The notes beneath the pieces are model-generated. The model was not told the DNA's origin and searched no databases. It saw only the letters and a program-made list of their open reading frames with translations. Positions 17,751 through 27,940 of a stretch of DNA of 64,000 nt are shown one piece after another. The DNA is taken from NCBI GenBank assembly GCA_035762545.1, contig DASTOM010000024.1:81559-145558 (forward strand). Reading direction: 5' to 3'. The stretch comes from Acidimicrobiia bacterium. GTDB lineage: Bacteria; Actinomycetota; Acidimicrobiia; Spongiisociales; ZC4RG35. The first letter of the stretch is position 1. Every line of letters starts with the position of its first letter. A program made the translations under genes and the position numbers.

Positions 17751-19592
17751 TCACACCCCGGCGTACATCGATTCGATCTGATCGGCGTATTTGTCCAGCA
17801 CGATCCGACGCTTCAGCTTGAGCGAGGGAGTCACCTCCCCACTGTCCGGTGTCCACTCGTCAGGGACGACGATCCACTTCTTGATCTGTTCGACCCGAGC
17901 AACCGACTCGTTCGCCTGGTCGACCGCACGAGCGATCTCCTCCTGAACCTCGGGCAGTCGGGAGAAGCTGGCCAGATCGTGATACTCGAGACCACGGGCC
18001 GCAGCCCACTCAGGCGCCTCCTCGTGATCCAGGGCGATGATCATGCTCAGGAACTTCCGCTGGTCGCCGATCATGCAGGCCTTGGAGATCAGTGGGTGGT
18101 TGCCGAGCAGCGTCTCCAACTTGGCGGGTGCGATGTTCTTGCCCGCCGCGGTGATGATGATCTCCTTCTTGCGGCCAACGATCCAGACGTAGCCGTCCTC
18201 GTCGATCCGGGCGAGGTCGCCGGAGTGCAGCCAGCCTTCGCTGTCGAAGGTCTCGCGAGTGTCCTCGTCGAGCTTGAAATAGCCTTCGGCGACGATCCCG
18301 CCACGCATCATCAGCTCCCCGTCGTCGGCGACATCGACCTCGACGCCGGGAAGGGCCCTGCCGACCGAACCGAACTTGTTGGCCCCGGGGAGGGTGGCGG
18401 TCGCCGGACCGGTGTTCTCCGACATCCCATAGATCTCGTGGAGGGGGACCCCGATCACGTGGAAGAACTTGATCAGGTCCGGGTTGATCGGAGCCGCCGC
18501 GGAGATGGCGATCTTGACGTCCTCCATCCCCAACCCCTCGCGGACCTTGGAAAGGGCGATTCCGTCGAGCACGCCGGCGAGAGCGGGACCTTTCTTCCCC
18601 TCCACCTCGGCCTCCACCCGCTTGGTGTTGGCATCCAGGGCTCGCTTCAGGATCATCCCCTTGACCCCCTCGGCCTCGGCGAACCGGGCCTGGAGCCGCG
18701 AGTGGAACTTCTCGTAGACCCTGGGCACGCCCACGAACAGCGTCGGCTTTGCCACCTGGATGTACTCGAGAACCCCGGCGAGATTCGGGCAGTACCACAC
18801 CTGACCGGCGAGATAGGTGCCCATGTAATGGGTGGCGAGGCGTTCAGCGATGTGGGCCAGGGGCAGATACGAGACCATGCGCGGACCCACTTCGAGGTCG
18901 GCGGCGCGACGAAGGCTTTCCAGGGTCCAGACCACGTTGCGGTGGCTGATCATCACACCTTTGGGCGTCCCGGTGGTGCCCGAGGTGTAGATCAAAGTGG
19001 CCAGCGTGTCAGGGCTGATGTCCGCGGAGGAGCGGTTGACCGCGTCGGGATCGCCCTCGAGATGACCGATGCCTCTGGCGATCAGCTCGTCCCAGCCGAG
19101 CACCCAGTCGGCAGTGTCGTAGTTCTCCGCCCCTGACATCAAAACGACATACCTGAGGTTGGGAAGCTCGGACCTGATCTCCTCGAAACGCTTCATGAAA
19201 TCGAGGTCCTCGAGGATGGCGACCGTCGCCTTGCAGTTGTCCGCGATGTACTGAATCTGATTCACGGCGAGGGTGGAATAGATGGTCACCGGAGTCGCTC
19301 CGGCGTGCACCGCGGCAAAGTCGGCGATGACATGTTCGGGACGGTTGCCCGACATGATGGCGACGAACTCACCCTCACCAACACCGAGCGTTTGCAGACC
19401 CGCGGCAACCTGATGGACCCGGTTCCGGTACTCAGACCAGGTGAATGACTGCCAGTCCCCGTCTTTCCAGTGGATGGCGGGTTGGTCCGGGTAGGTGTCG
19501 GCGTTCCTGTTGAAGGAGTCGACGATCGTCTTACCCTCCACCAGAGCATCGATCTCGGCTCGCTCTGCCAGCACCGCAGCGTTAACGGTCAC
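17751..19592 (-). CDS. fadD: Long-chain-fatty-acid--CoA ligase (AMP-dependent synthetase/ligase)
   Basis: AMP-binding motif YTSGTTGTPKGV and the GWLHSGD / GRKKEIIITAAGKNIAP blocks. Confidence 0.85.
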   Translation of the reverse strand: MTVNAAVLAERAEIDALVEGKTIVDSFNRNADTYPDQPAIHWKDGDWQSFTWSEYRNRVHQVAAGLQTLGVGEGEFVAIMSGNRPEHVIADFAAVHAGATPVTIYSTLAVNQIQYIADNCKATVAILEDLDFMKRFEEIRSELPNLRYVVLMSGAENYDTADWVLGWDELIARGIGHLEGDPDAVNRSSADISPDTLATLIYTSGTTGTPKGVMISHRNVVWTLESLRRAADLEVGPRMVSYLPLAHIAERLATHYMGTYLAGQVWYCPNLAGVLEYIQVAKPTLFVGVPRVYEKFHSRLQARFAEAEGVKGMILKRALDANTKRVEAEVEGKKGPALAGVLDGIALSKVREGLGMEDVKIAISAAAPINPDLIKFFHVIGVPLHEIYGMSENTGPATATLPGANKFGSVGRALPGVEVDVADDGELMMRGGIVAEGYFKLDEDTRETFDSEGWLHSGDLARIDEDGYVWIVGRKKEIIITAAGKNIAPAKLETLLGNHPLISKACMIGDQRKFLSMIIALDHEEAPEWAAARGLEYHDLASFSRLPEVQEEIARAVDQANESVARVEQIKKWIVVPDEWTPDSGEVTPSLKLKRRIVLDKYADQIESMYAGV

Positions 19593-19668
19593 AGTTCCTC
19601 CGCACAGGTTGGACTACAGGTCAGGGTCCGGAGTGTACCGATGCGCGACGGACTACACCGGGGGCCGG

Positions 19669-20814
19669 TCAGCTCGCTGCAGCCACCGCACCACCCGATA
19701 TCAGATCTGCGATATCGGCTTCGGAGAAGCCGAGTTCGCCGAGGATCACGACCGTGTCCGATCCCGGCATCACCGGGGCTCGCGGAGCATCGCAGGGAGT
19801 GGAACTGAACCGAGGAGCCGGGGCCGGTTGCAGCATCCCACCCACCTCGACGAACGTCGATCGATCCGCCACGTGAGGGTGGTGTGGCGCCTCGGCCAAA
19901 GACATCACCGGGGCCACACACGCGTCGGTGCCGGCGAAGTGCCCTGCCCACTCGTCCCGTGTTCTCTCGAGAAAGATGGCGGCAAATGTCTCACGCATCT
20001 CCGGCCATGAGTCCCGATCGTTCTGCGGGCCCACTTCCTCGGGTTCGATGCCGAGTCCGTCGATGAGTGCGGAGAAGAACTGGGGCTCCAATGCCCCTAC
20101 GGCCACGTGCTCGCCATCTGAAGTCTGATAGGTCCTGTAGAACGGCGCCGCACCATCGAGGAGATTGGACTCCCTGCTCGGCCGCCACCAGCCGTCTGCC
20201 ATGTATCCGTGGTGTGACGCCGTGAGTAGAGCCGAGCCATCGACCATCGCCGCATCGACTACCTGGCCTTCGCCGGTTTCCCGCGACCGGATGATCGCGG
20301 CCAGGACTCCCAACGCCAGGAACATCCCTCCGCCGCCGAAGTCTCCGACCAGGTTCAGGGGCGGGATGGGTCGGTCGGCCGGCCCCACCGCATGCAGCGC
20401 CCCGGACACAGCGATGTAGTCGATGTCGTGGCCCGCCATGCCTGCCATGGGACCACTCTGACCCCATCCCGTCATCCGTCCGTAGACCAGGGCCGGGTTT
20501 CGGGCGAGGCACTCGGCGGGGCCGATCCCCAAGCGCTCGGTGACACCGGGCCGGTAGCCCTCGATCAGGGCGTCTGACCTTTCGACCGATCGGAGCACCA
20601 CCTCGACACCATCGGGATGTTTGAGGTCGACGGCAACCGAGAGACGACTTCGATTCATAACGTCGTTGGGCGACGGGGGGAAGAGGCCCGAACCGGAGGG
20701 ACGATCGAATCTCACCACCCGTGCTCCCAGATCGGCCAGCACCATCCCGGCAAACGGCCCGGGCCCGAGCCCGGCCAATTCGGTGACGACGACGCCTTCG
20801 AGTGGACCCGGCAT
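19669..20814 (-). CDS. CoA-transferase family III (CaiB/BaiF) protein
   Basis: N-terminus MPGPLEGVVVTELAGLGPGPFAGMVLADLGARVV. Start ATG 20814 overlaps the stop of the upstream SBP gene (TGATG). The upstream ORF extension is rejected. Confidence 0.8.
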   Translation of the reverse strand: MPGPLEGVVVTELAGLGPGPFAGMVLADLGARVVRFDRPSGSGLFPPSPNDVMNRSRLSVAVDLKHPDGVEVVLRSVERSDALIEGYRPGVTERLGIGPAECLARNPALVYGRMTGWGQSGPMAGMAGHDIDYIAVSGALHAVGPADRPIPPLNLVGDFGGGGMFLALGVLAAIIRSRETGEGQVVDAAMVDGSALLTASHHGYMADGWWRPSRESNLLDGAAPFYRTYQTSDGEHVAVGALEPQFFSALIDGLGIEPEEVGPQNDRDSWPEMRETFAAIFLERTRDEWAGHFAGTDACVAPVMSLAEAPHHPHVADRSTFVEVGGMLQPAPAPRFSSTPCDAPRAPVMPGSDTVVILGELGFSEADIADLISGGAVAAAS

Positions 20815-22484
20815 CAGCCTTCGATGATCTCGGCCGACGATACGACGAGCGGGACCTGTGTCTGGTCGGGGGCCATGGAGAAGGCACCGTACATCAGAGT
20901 CGACAGCACCGCGTTGGCGGCATCGTCGGCAGTAGATCGGGGGTCGAGAGTGGTCGGCTCGCCGGGCAGGGCGACGACGATCGAAGACATGCCCGTCCAG
21001 GCCGCCACGTTCCACAGATCGCTGGATCTGGTGTAGTTCGGAATCGGTCCGGACAGCTCCGAGGTCCAGGCCAACATCGTTGGCTTCTGATATAACGGGA
21101 TGACGGCCAGGTCATCCAGATAGAGACGGTCGACCTCGTTGTAGGCGGCGGCGCGCCGATCAGGATCGGTCTCGAAGCGGGCAACCTCCAACGCGGCGTC
21201 GGCCGCCTCCGAGCAATAGGCGTTGACGTTGAGGTCCGACTCAGCACATTCGAACCGCTGGTCGGTGGCAGCCGGGTCGAGCAGGTCTTTCCAGGAGAAG
21301 TTCGCCATCTGCCAGACGCCGGCGCCCCCGAAGAGGTGTCCCCGTGTGACGAACTGAGAGGGGCTTCGCAGATCCGGGACGAGTTCGATCCCGATCGCCT
21401 CGAGGTCCTCACGGACCGACTCGAATGTTGCGATGCGAGCCGGGTCGTCGTTCGTAGAGGTCCAGACGAAGGACATGCGAGTCGCCCCGCAGACCTGTAT
21501 TCCGTCGTCGGCCCGCTCACATCCGTTGTCCACCAACAGACTTTCCGCGGCCACGGGGTCGTGGGTGACTCCTTCCAAGTGGCTCTCATAGGGGGCGGAC
21601 CCGGTCATCCAGACCGTGTTGTCCAGTTGGGGTGAGCCCGGATCGAGCAACCCGACCGTCTGATCCACTATGTGGCTTCGATCGATGGCGAGGGCGATCG
21701 CCCGTCGCACCCAATCCTGGGCCAGCGTGGGGTCGTCGAAGTGAAAATCGATGTGCTCCCAGAACGGGCCAGGAGCCAGCGCAAAGTCGACCTCCTCGAC
21801 CGCGGCGAGCTGTTCGACGATCTCCGGCGTAGGGCGAACTCCGATCACGTCGACGTCACCACTGAGCAAGGACTCGACCATCTCTTCGACATCGGGCATG
21901 AACAGGAAGGTGATTTCGACCACGTCACCAGCGGGTGCACCTGAGCGAAGGTCGGAATCACCCCACCAGCCGTCGAGTCTGACAACTTCTATCCGATCCC
22001 CCCGTACCCAGTCGACGAACTCATACGGCCCACTCGAGGGGATGACGCTTGACGGGTCGGTGCCTTCAGGGACGAGACGCTCGAACAGGGTCTGCCATGG
22101 ACCGTAAGGCTGATCGAAGACCACCAGGGCGTTCAGTGGATCGAGTACCTGGACCTCGCGGACGAGGTCGTAACCCTGGGTCCCGAATCCGGTGAGGGGG
22201 TCCCGGAAGTAGTCGACTGTGGCAGCGAAGTCGGCTGCCCTCACGGGCCGCCCGTCCGACCATTCCGCCCCCTCCCTCAACTCGTACTTCACACAGAACT
22301 CGGTGGGACACGTGATCGGCGGTGGTGATGGCTCGACGGTGGTTGTCGTGGTCGGCGGGATGGAGACGGTGGCTACCGATTGGGCGGGTCGGGGCAGCTC
22401 GGGTCCGGCCACCACAGGAGAGCAGGCGGTGACGAGCGCGATCACACACACGAGCCACAACCACTTCGGCGACGATCCCATCAT
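20814..22484 (-). CDS. ABC transporter substrate-binding lipoprotein, family 5 (peptide/nickel/opine type)
   Basis: Lipobox LVTACS followed by a Thr/Pro linker. SBP_bac_5 architecture. Confidence 0.75.
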   Translation of the reverse strand: MMGSSPKWLWLVCVIALVTACSPVVAGPELPRPAQSVATVSIPPTTTTTVEPSPPPITCPTEFCVKYELREGAEWSDGRPVRAADFAATVDYFRDPLTGFGTQGYDLVREVQVLDPLNALVVFDQPYGPWQTLFERLVPEGTDPSSVIPSSGPYEFVDWVRGDRIEVVRLDGWWGDSDLRSGAPAGDVVEITFLFMPDVEEMVESLLSGDVDVIGVRPTPEIVEQLAAVEEVDFALAPGPFWEHIDFHFDDPTLAQDWVRRAIALAIDRSHIVDQTVGLLDPGSPQLDNTVWMTGSAPYESHLEGVTHDPVAAESLLVDNGCERADDGIQVCGATRMSFVWTSTNDDPARIATFESVREDLEAIGIELVPDLRSPSQFVTRGHLFGGAGVWQMANFSWKDLLDPAATDQRFECAESDLNVNAYCSEAADAALEVARFETDPDRRAAAYNEVDRLYLDDLAVIPLYQKPTMLAWTSELSGPIPNYTRSSDLWNVAAWTGMSSIVVALPGEPTTLDPRSTADDAANAVLSTLMYGAFSMAPDQTQVPLVVSSAEIIEG

Positions 22485-22536
22485 CCGCGATGAAACGACC
22501 CGACGGGCGAAATGGCAAGGATTTGCGGGCCCTGGG

Positions 22537-22576
22537 TGTCTGCCTCGCTCACCTGAGGAGGGGATCAGGCAGACAC
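22537..22576 (-). terminator. 10-bp-stem hairpin (gtgtctgcct...aggcagacac) between the two tandem SBP genes
   Basis: Inverted repeat read from the sequence. Lies between the SBP2 stop (22584) and the SBP1 start (22484). Confidence 0.35.
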
Positions 22577-22583
22577 TCGTCGG

Positions 22584-24725
22584 CTACCGGTCCAACTTGA
22601 CGCTGCTCATCCAGACCCGCGGGTAGAGATGATGACCACCGACGATGGCGTTGACGGGGAAACTGACATCCCGGTGGTACGCCTCGACGACTCGGGTCCG
22701 AAAGAGCACCACATACGGGAGGTCACGGGCGACTATCGCTTCCATGTCCCGGGTCAGGACCGCCGCCTCGTCGATCGTCTCTGCGGTGAGGAACGCGTCG
22801 GCCACTGCATCGAACTCGGGGCTGCGATAGCCGGGGGTGTTGTAGCCACCGAAGTCGACACTGTCCTGATTGGAGTGGAAGAACGCGGTCAATGAGGTTC
22901 CGGGCAGCGACGGCTCAGCCCCGCCCCAGCCGAGAATGTAGATGTCCCAGGCGAGTGCGCTCTCGGGGGTCTGCGGTGGGAACACGGCTTCCACGATCGA
23001 CTCGAAGTCGCTCGGCTCGACCACGACAGTCACTCCGAGATCGGTCATCCAATGCTCGATCCACGTCGCGTACGTGGCCCGATAGGGGTCGTGGGCCTCG
23101 CCCGACGAGAGCAGTGTGAGCGGGGGGACGGGGACTCCGTTGGGCATCGTGAGCCCGGCACCTGGTACGACGTCGACGAACGCGCCGTCGTCGTCGCGTT
23201 CGACCACCGGCTTTGTCGCCCAGGTGTAGCCGGCTTCGCTGAGGATCTGGATCGCCGTCTCGAGCCGCTCGGGCTCGTCCATGGGCCCATCATCCGTCCA
23301 TCCCGCCTTGGCGACCCCGGCGTTGTGGAAGGCGGTGAGCTCGGGATGGACGATCGTATAGGCGGGTACCACGACACCGTCCAACACGTCGTTCGCGACG
23401 AACTCCTTGTCGATCACGGCCGCGATCGCCGCCCGAAATGCGAGATCGCTCATCGGGGCCTTCCTCAGGTTGAATGCCATATACCGGAAACCCTCGCCCT
23501 GGCTCACCGAGAATTCCAACCCGGGATTGGTAGCGAGTTCTCGGCGCAGCCCGGTGGTCACACCGGATGGGTCGAACACGAAATCGATCTCGCCGGCGTA
23601 TAGCTGCTCATAGGCCGTCGCCCGGCTGTCGTACTCGATCCACTCCACTTCCGACACGAAAGGACCCTGGAGGTATGTCACGCTCACGTCGCCACTTCCC
23701 GCGCCGCCGTAGACACGATCCTCCCCCCGTTCTGCGTTGGCCACGCGGATCGACCCGTCTCTGTAGAGGGTGCTCTCGGTACCCATGTCGAAGAAGCTGG
23801 GATTGGCGGTGGTCACTCCCCCTTGACCCGGCTCCCAGGCGCTGACTATCGAGGCTCCGACCGATGGTTCGCCGACACCGGAGACGCCGTACAGGTGAGC
23901 CCTACCCGCTCCCATTTCGATGTCCGCAACATAGGTCGAGATGTCCTCTTCGGTCACATCGGCCGCAGCGATGTCGTTCCCAGCGACATCGTCGGCCAAC
24001 GAAGCGTCGACGATGGCTTGAATGGCAGCTGCCGGGGTGATCCCTGCACTGGCGGCCGATGCGGCTTCCCGGGCAGCCTCGACGTGCCCGGCCCAGTAGT
24101 GGGACGGCACGAAAGGCGCGAAACCGACACCCGTTTCCCAGACAGCCAGGCCCGGGTCCGACGCGAACTCGATTCGGACGGTGCTCGCATCGGGGGCAGT
24201 GATGCTGAGCACGTCGGACGGCAGGTTCTCGGCATGCTTCCCCCCGAGGTCGAACTCTCTGACGGTGTCGAAGTAGAAAACGAGGTCCGCGGCCGTGAGC
24301 GGCCTGCCGTCCGACCACGTCATGTCCCGACGGAGCCGCTGCTCCACCACCCAAACGTCACCTTCCGGGACCGCTTCCTCGGGCATGTCGCTCGCGGCCG
24401 CTGCCGGGATGTAGACGAAACCGGGAACGGAGGAGACGAAGAGCGAAGTCTTCCCGTTCCCAAGGAACGCATCGTTGGCGATCGATTGATGTGTGTCTAG
24501 AGATGCCCACCAGTTGTCGGTCGTGATCCCGGAAGCCAGTCCGATGCGAAATGTGACCTCTTCCGGTGGTGGCGGTGTGTCGTCGACCGTGGTGGTCGTC
24601 GCTTCCTCATTCGCGGTATCGGTTGTGGTGGGCTCGACGACCTGGTCAGCGCTGCATGCGGAAGCCATCACCGACAATACGACGAGGGCGAGCAGTATCG
24701 GGGCGAGGGCTCTTCGTTCCATCAC
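22584..24725 (-). CDS. ABC transporter substrate-binding lipoprotein, family 5 (large variant, 713 aa)
   Basis: Lipobox VMASACS, Thr-rich linker, SBP_bac_5 fold. No permease or ATPase genes are adjacent. Confidence 0.7.
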   Translation of the reverse strand: MMERRALAPILLALVVLSVMASACSADQVVEPTTTDTANEEATTTTVDDTPPPPEEVTFRIGLASGITTDNWWASLDTHQSIANDAFLGNGKTSLFVSSVPGFVYIPAAAASDMPEEAVPEGDVWVVEQRLRRDMTWSDGRPLTAADLVFYFDTVREFDLGGKHAENLPSDVLSITAPDASTVRIEFASDPGLAVWETGVGFAPFVPSHYWAGHVEAAREAASAASAGITPAAAIQAIVDASLADDVAGNDIAAADVTEEDISTYVADIEMGAGRAHLYGVSGVGEPSVGASIVSAWEPGQGGVTTANPSFFDMGTESTLYRDGSIRVANAERGEDRVYGGAGSGDVSVTYLQGPFVSEVEWIEYDSRATAYEQLYAGEIDFVFDPSGVTTGLRRELATNPGLEFSVSQGEGFRYMAFNLRKAPMSDLAFRAAIAAVIDKEFVANDVLDGVVVPAYTIVHPELTAFHNAGVAKAGWTDDGPMDEPERLETAIQILSEAGYTWATKPVVERDDDGAFVDVVPGAGLTMPNGVPVPPLTLLSSGEAHDPYRATYATWIEHWMTDLGVTVVVEPSDFESIVEAVFPPQTPESALAWDIYILGWGGAEPSLPGTSLTAFFHSNQDSVDFGGYNTPGYRSPEFDAVADAFLTAETIDEAAVLTRDMEAIVARDLPYVVLFRTRVVEAYHRDVSFPVNAIVGGHHLYPRVWMSSVKLDR

Positions 24726-24829
24726 TCAGGGTCCCAGAGAGATCGGGAAGTGTCAGACCGCGGAATCGGCAACACGTGAGGAGACGTTAGGTGGCGCCTG
24801 ATCCTTAGACACGCCCATCCGCCGAGGTC

Positions 24830-25918
24830 TCACCCGCCCTCGACCGCCTCGGAGTCGTCGAGAATCACGTCGTATGACCGGCGCGACTCGCCGATGATCG
24901 CCTGGATGATCCCGGCCATGGGAAGGGCGAGAATCACCCCGATACCGCCCAGCAACGTGCCACCGACGATGATCGCTGCCACCGAGATCGCCGGATGGAT
25001 CTCCATGGTCCGCTTCGTGATCCGGGGTGAGATGAGGTAGTTCTCCACCTGCTGATAGGCCACCAGGAAGAGGACCACCCAGAGTGCGGTGGCCGGGTCG
25101 TTGAAGGTGAGGGCGACCAGGGCCGGCAGGATCGCGGCGAAATAGGTGCCCACCACGGGGACGAACTGGCTGAGCACGCCCACCCAGACACCGAGGGCCA
25201 CTGGGAACGGCACCCCGAGAAAGCTGAGCAGCGCAGTGGTCAGCGTGGCCGAGATCACCGCCAGGATCAGTCGCGAGTAGATGTAGCCGCCCATCTTCTC
25301 GACCGCCACGTCCCAGATCCGGATCGCATGGCGCTGTTGCTCTTCGGGCATTAACGACAGGACGGTTCTCTGCAGTTGGGGCAACTCGGCGATCATGTAG
25401 AAAGAGAAGAGGGCAACCGTCGTGGCGAAGAAGATGAATCCGAATACCGATGCGGTGATGCCCACCAACCCGCCCGCCACCACTCCGGTCACGTTCTGGA
25501 CCGACGAGAGAATGTTCCGGCCAACTGTCGCCGGGTCGATCGTTGATAGATCGAATCCGAATCTGTCCTGGAGAAACAGGAGGAACGACTCGACCAGTCC
25601 CGGGATCGCGTTGATCATCTCCTGGACTTGATCGACGAACAGCGGCACCAGCGCCCAGAAGAAGCCGACGGTGACCAGCAGGGCCACGAGAAAGACGAGG
25701 CCCGTGGCTGCCCCCCGGCGCCATCCCCTCTTCGCCAGCCAGTGCACCGGTGGTTCGAACGCAACCGTGACGAACACGGACACGACGACCATGAAGATCA
25801 CGGTGCTGAGACGAAAGATGAGCCAGACGACCGCGGCGACCCCGACGAGGACCAGGGCCACCGTGAGCGTCCGCCTGATGAAGAGCCGCTGATCGGCTGC
25901 GTCCGTGGTGCCGGCCAT
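24830..25918 (-). CDS. AI-2E family transporter (UPF0118)
   Basis: 8-TM layout with conserved C-terminal block LFLVAYQQVENYLISPRI. Start at MAGTTD (ATG 25918). Confidence 0.8.
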   Translation of the reverse strand: MAGTTDAADQRLFIRRTLTVALVLVGVAAVVWLIFRLSTVIFMVVVSVFVTVAFEPPVHWLAKRGWRRGAATGLVFLVALLVTVGFFWALVPLFVDQVQEMINAIPGLVESFLLFLQDRFGFDLSTIDPATVGRNILSSVQNVTGVVAGGLVGITASVFGFIFFATTVALFSFYMIAELPQLQRTVLSLMPEEQQRHAIRIWDVAVEKMGGYIYSRLILAVISATLTTALLSFLGVPFPVALGVWVGVLSQFVPVVGTYFAAILPALVALTFNDPATALWVVLFLVAYQQVENYLISPRITKRTMEIHPAISVAAIIVGGTLLGGIGVILALPMAGIIQAIIGESRRSYDVILDDSEAVEGG

Positions 25919-25990
25919 TGCCCGGAGGGTAGGAACGAACACCGACGGATCTTCGGCATTCCTAATAGCCTCGAACCTTCGAGGAGAGTG

Positions 25991-27919
25991 ATGGAAACGT
26001 TCGATATCGCCTGGCGACCTGACCCCGCGACGATGGCCACCGCCAACACCGGGCGGTTCATGGAGATCCACGGGATCTCCACCTACGAGGACCTGGTGAC
26101 CCGGGCGGCGGGCGATCCCGAGTGGTTCTGGGCTGCTGTGGTCGACTTCATCGGTCTTCCGTTCCACCCACCCTGGACTGCTGTCCGTGACACATCACGG
26201 GGACACCCGTGGGCGACATGGTTCGTCGGAAGTGGCTTCAACCTCTCTGTCGCCTGTGTCGACCGATGGGTGGCCGACGACCCCGGCCGGACCGCGGTCC
26301 GATCGCAGAAGGAGAACGGCGAGACCCGCGAGATGACGTTTGGGGAGTTGGCAGCCGAGGTGGAACGTCTCGCCGGGGCCATGACCGGTCTCGGAGTCAA
26401 CCGGGGCGATGCGGTGGCCGTGTATCTGCCCATGTCACAGGAGGCGGTCGTCGCCCTGCTCGCCGTGGCCCGTATCGGCGCCATCTTCATCCCGGTGTTC
26501 TCGGGCTACGCAGCCGAGGCGGTCGCAACCCGGCTGGACGACCCCAAGCCGAAGCTGATGATTTGTGGCAACGGCTTCCAACGACGCGGGTCACTCGTCG
26601 AGATGAAAGAGACCGCCGACGAGGCGATTGGGCTCGCCGGCGGGATCGACCGGGTCCTGGTGGTCGACTACGTCGATCGGACCACGACGCCCATGACTGC
26701 GGGGCGTGACTTCTGGTGGCACGAGATCGTGCCCACCGCCGAGCGGGTGCCGGCAGTGGAGACATGGGCCGAGGACCCCGTTCTCATCGCCTACACGTCC
26801 GGTACCACCGGCCGCCCCAAGGGGGCGGTCCACGTGCAGGCCGGGCTCACCGTCAAGATCGCCCAGGAAGGCGCTTTCCAACTCGACGTCAAACGAGACG
26901 ACGTTCTGATGTGGGCGACCGACATGGGCTGGATCATGGGCCCTTGGATGGTGATCGCAGGGTTGGCCAACGGGGCCACCATCGCCACCTACGACGGCGC
27001 TCCCAACCATCCCGGCCCAGACCGGATCTGGCAGGTCGCGTCCGAGCTGGGCCTCACGATTCTCGGTCTGTCACCAACACTTGTCCGCGCGCTCCAGCCT
27101 CATGGCGCGTCCGAAGCCCGCAAACACGACCTGAGCGCGCTTCGCCTGTTCGGTTCGACCGGCGAGCCCTGGAACCCCGAGCCCTGGTGGTGGCTGTTCC
27201 GCGACGTCGGCGAAAGCCGCCGCCCCATCATCAACATCTCGGGAGGAACCGAGGTCGGAGCCTGCATCCTCTCGGCCAACCTCATGCAGGGCCTCAAGCC
27301 GACCTCACTCGGAGGACCCGCCCTCGGCGTCGACGCCGACGTGTACGACGACGCCGGCAAGCCGATTCGAGGCGAAGTCGGAGAGCTCGTCATCCGGGGA
27401 TCATGGCCGGGGATGACACGTGGGTTCTGGGGTGAGCCGGAGCGATACATCGCGACCTACTGGTCACGTTTCGCCGACACCTGGGTCCACGGCGACTGGG
27501 CCTCGGTCGACGAAGACGGTTTCTGGTATCTCCACGGACGCTCGGACGACACTCTCAACATCGCGGGGAAACGGATCGGTCCCGCCGAGGTCGAGTCCGT
27601 GGCGGTGGCGTTGGATGAAGTGACCATGGCGGCGGCGATCGGAGTCCCTGACCCGGTGAAGGGCGAGACCATCTCTCTCTACCTGGTCCCGGCCCCCGGG
27701 GTCACCCCTGACGACGAGCTGACCTCCCGGGTGGTCGAGGCATGTGACCGGGGCCTGGGCAAGGCGTTCCGCCCCGCCTCGGTGAAATGGGTCGACGACC
27801 TCCCCCGGACCAGATCCCAGAAGATCATGCGTCGGGTGGTCAAAGCGATTGCCCTCGGTAACGACCCGGGCGACCTCACCTCGCTCGAGAACCCCGAGAG
27901 CCTGGAGGGTTTGGGTTGA
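25991..27919 (+). CDS. AMP-forming acyl-CoA synthetase (acetoacetyl-CoA synthetase-like)
   Basis: AMP-binding motif YTSGTTGRPKG and blocks WMVIAGL / DGFWYLHGRSDDTLNIAGKRIGPAE. GAGGAGAG Shine-Dalgarno immediately upstream of ATG 25991. Confidence 0.8.
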   Translation: METFDIAWRPDPATMATANTGRFMEIHGISTYEDLVTRAAGDPEWFWAAVVDFIGLPFHPPWTAVRDTSRGHPWATWFVGSGFNLSVACVDRWVADDPGRTAVRSQKENGETREMTFGELAAEVERLAGAMTGLGVNRGDAVAVYLPMSQEAVVALLAVARIGAIFIPVFSGYAAEAVATRLDDPKPKLMICGNGFQRRGSLVEMKETADEAIGLAGGIDRVLVVDYVDRTTTPMTAGRDFWWHEIVPTAERVPAVETWAEDPVLIAYTSGTTGRPKGAVHVQAGLTVKIAQEGAFQLDVKRDDVLMWATDMGWIMGPWMVIAGLANGATIATYDGAPNHPGPDRIWQVASELGLTILGLSPTLVRALQPHGASEARKHDLSALRLFGSTGEPWNPEPWWWLFRDVGESRRPIINISGGTEVGACILSANLMQGLKPTSLGGPALGVDADVYDDAGKPIRGEVGELVIRGSWPGMTRGFWGEPERYIATYWSRFADTWVHGDWASVDEDGFWYLHGRSDDTLNIAGKRIGPAEVESVAVALDEVTMAAAIGVPDPVKGETISLYLVPAPGVTPDDELTSRVVEACDRGLGKAFRPASVKWVDDLPRTRSQKIMRRVVKAIALGNDPGDLTSLENPESLEGLG

Positions 27920-27940
27920 CCGCGGCCAGGGCCCGCGTGA

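Noticed and set aside
25628-25990. N-terminal 121-aa extension of ORF 25628..27919 (His/Asp/Glu/Arg-rich low-complexity sequence)
   Set aside because: The conserved acyl-CoA synthetase N-terminus begins at METFDIAW (ATG 25991), directly preceded by a GAGGAGAG Shine-Dalgarno. The extension overlaps the divergent promoter region and the AI-2E gene on the other strand.
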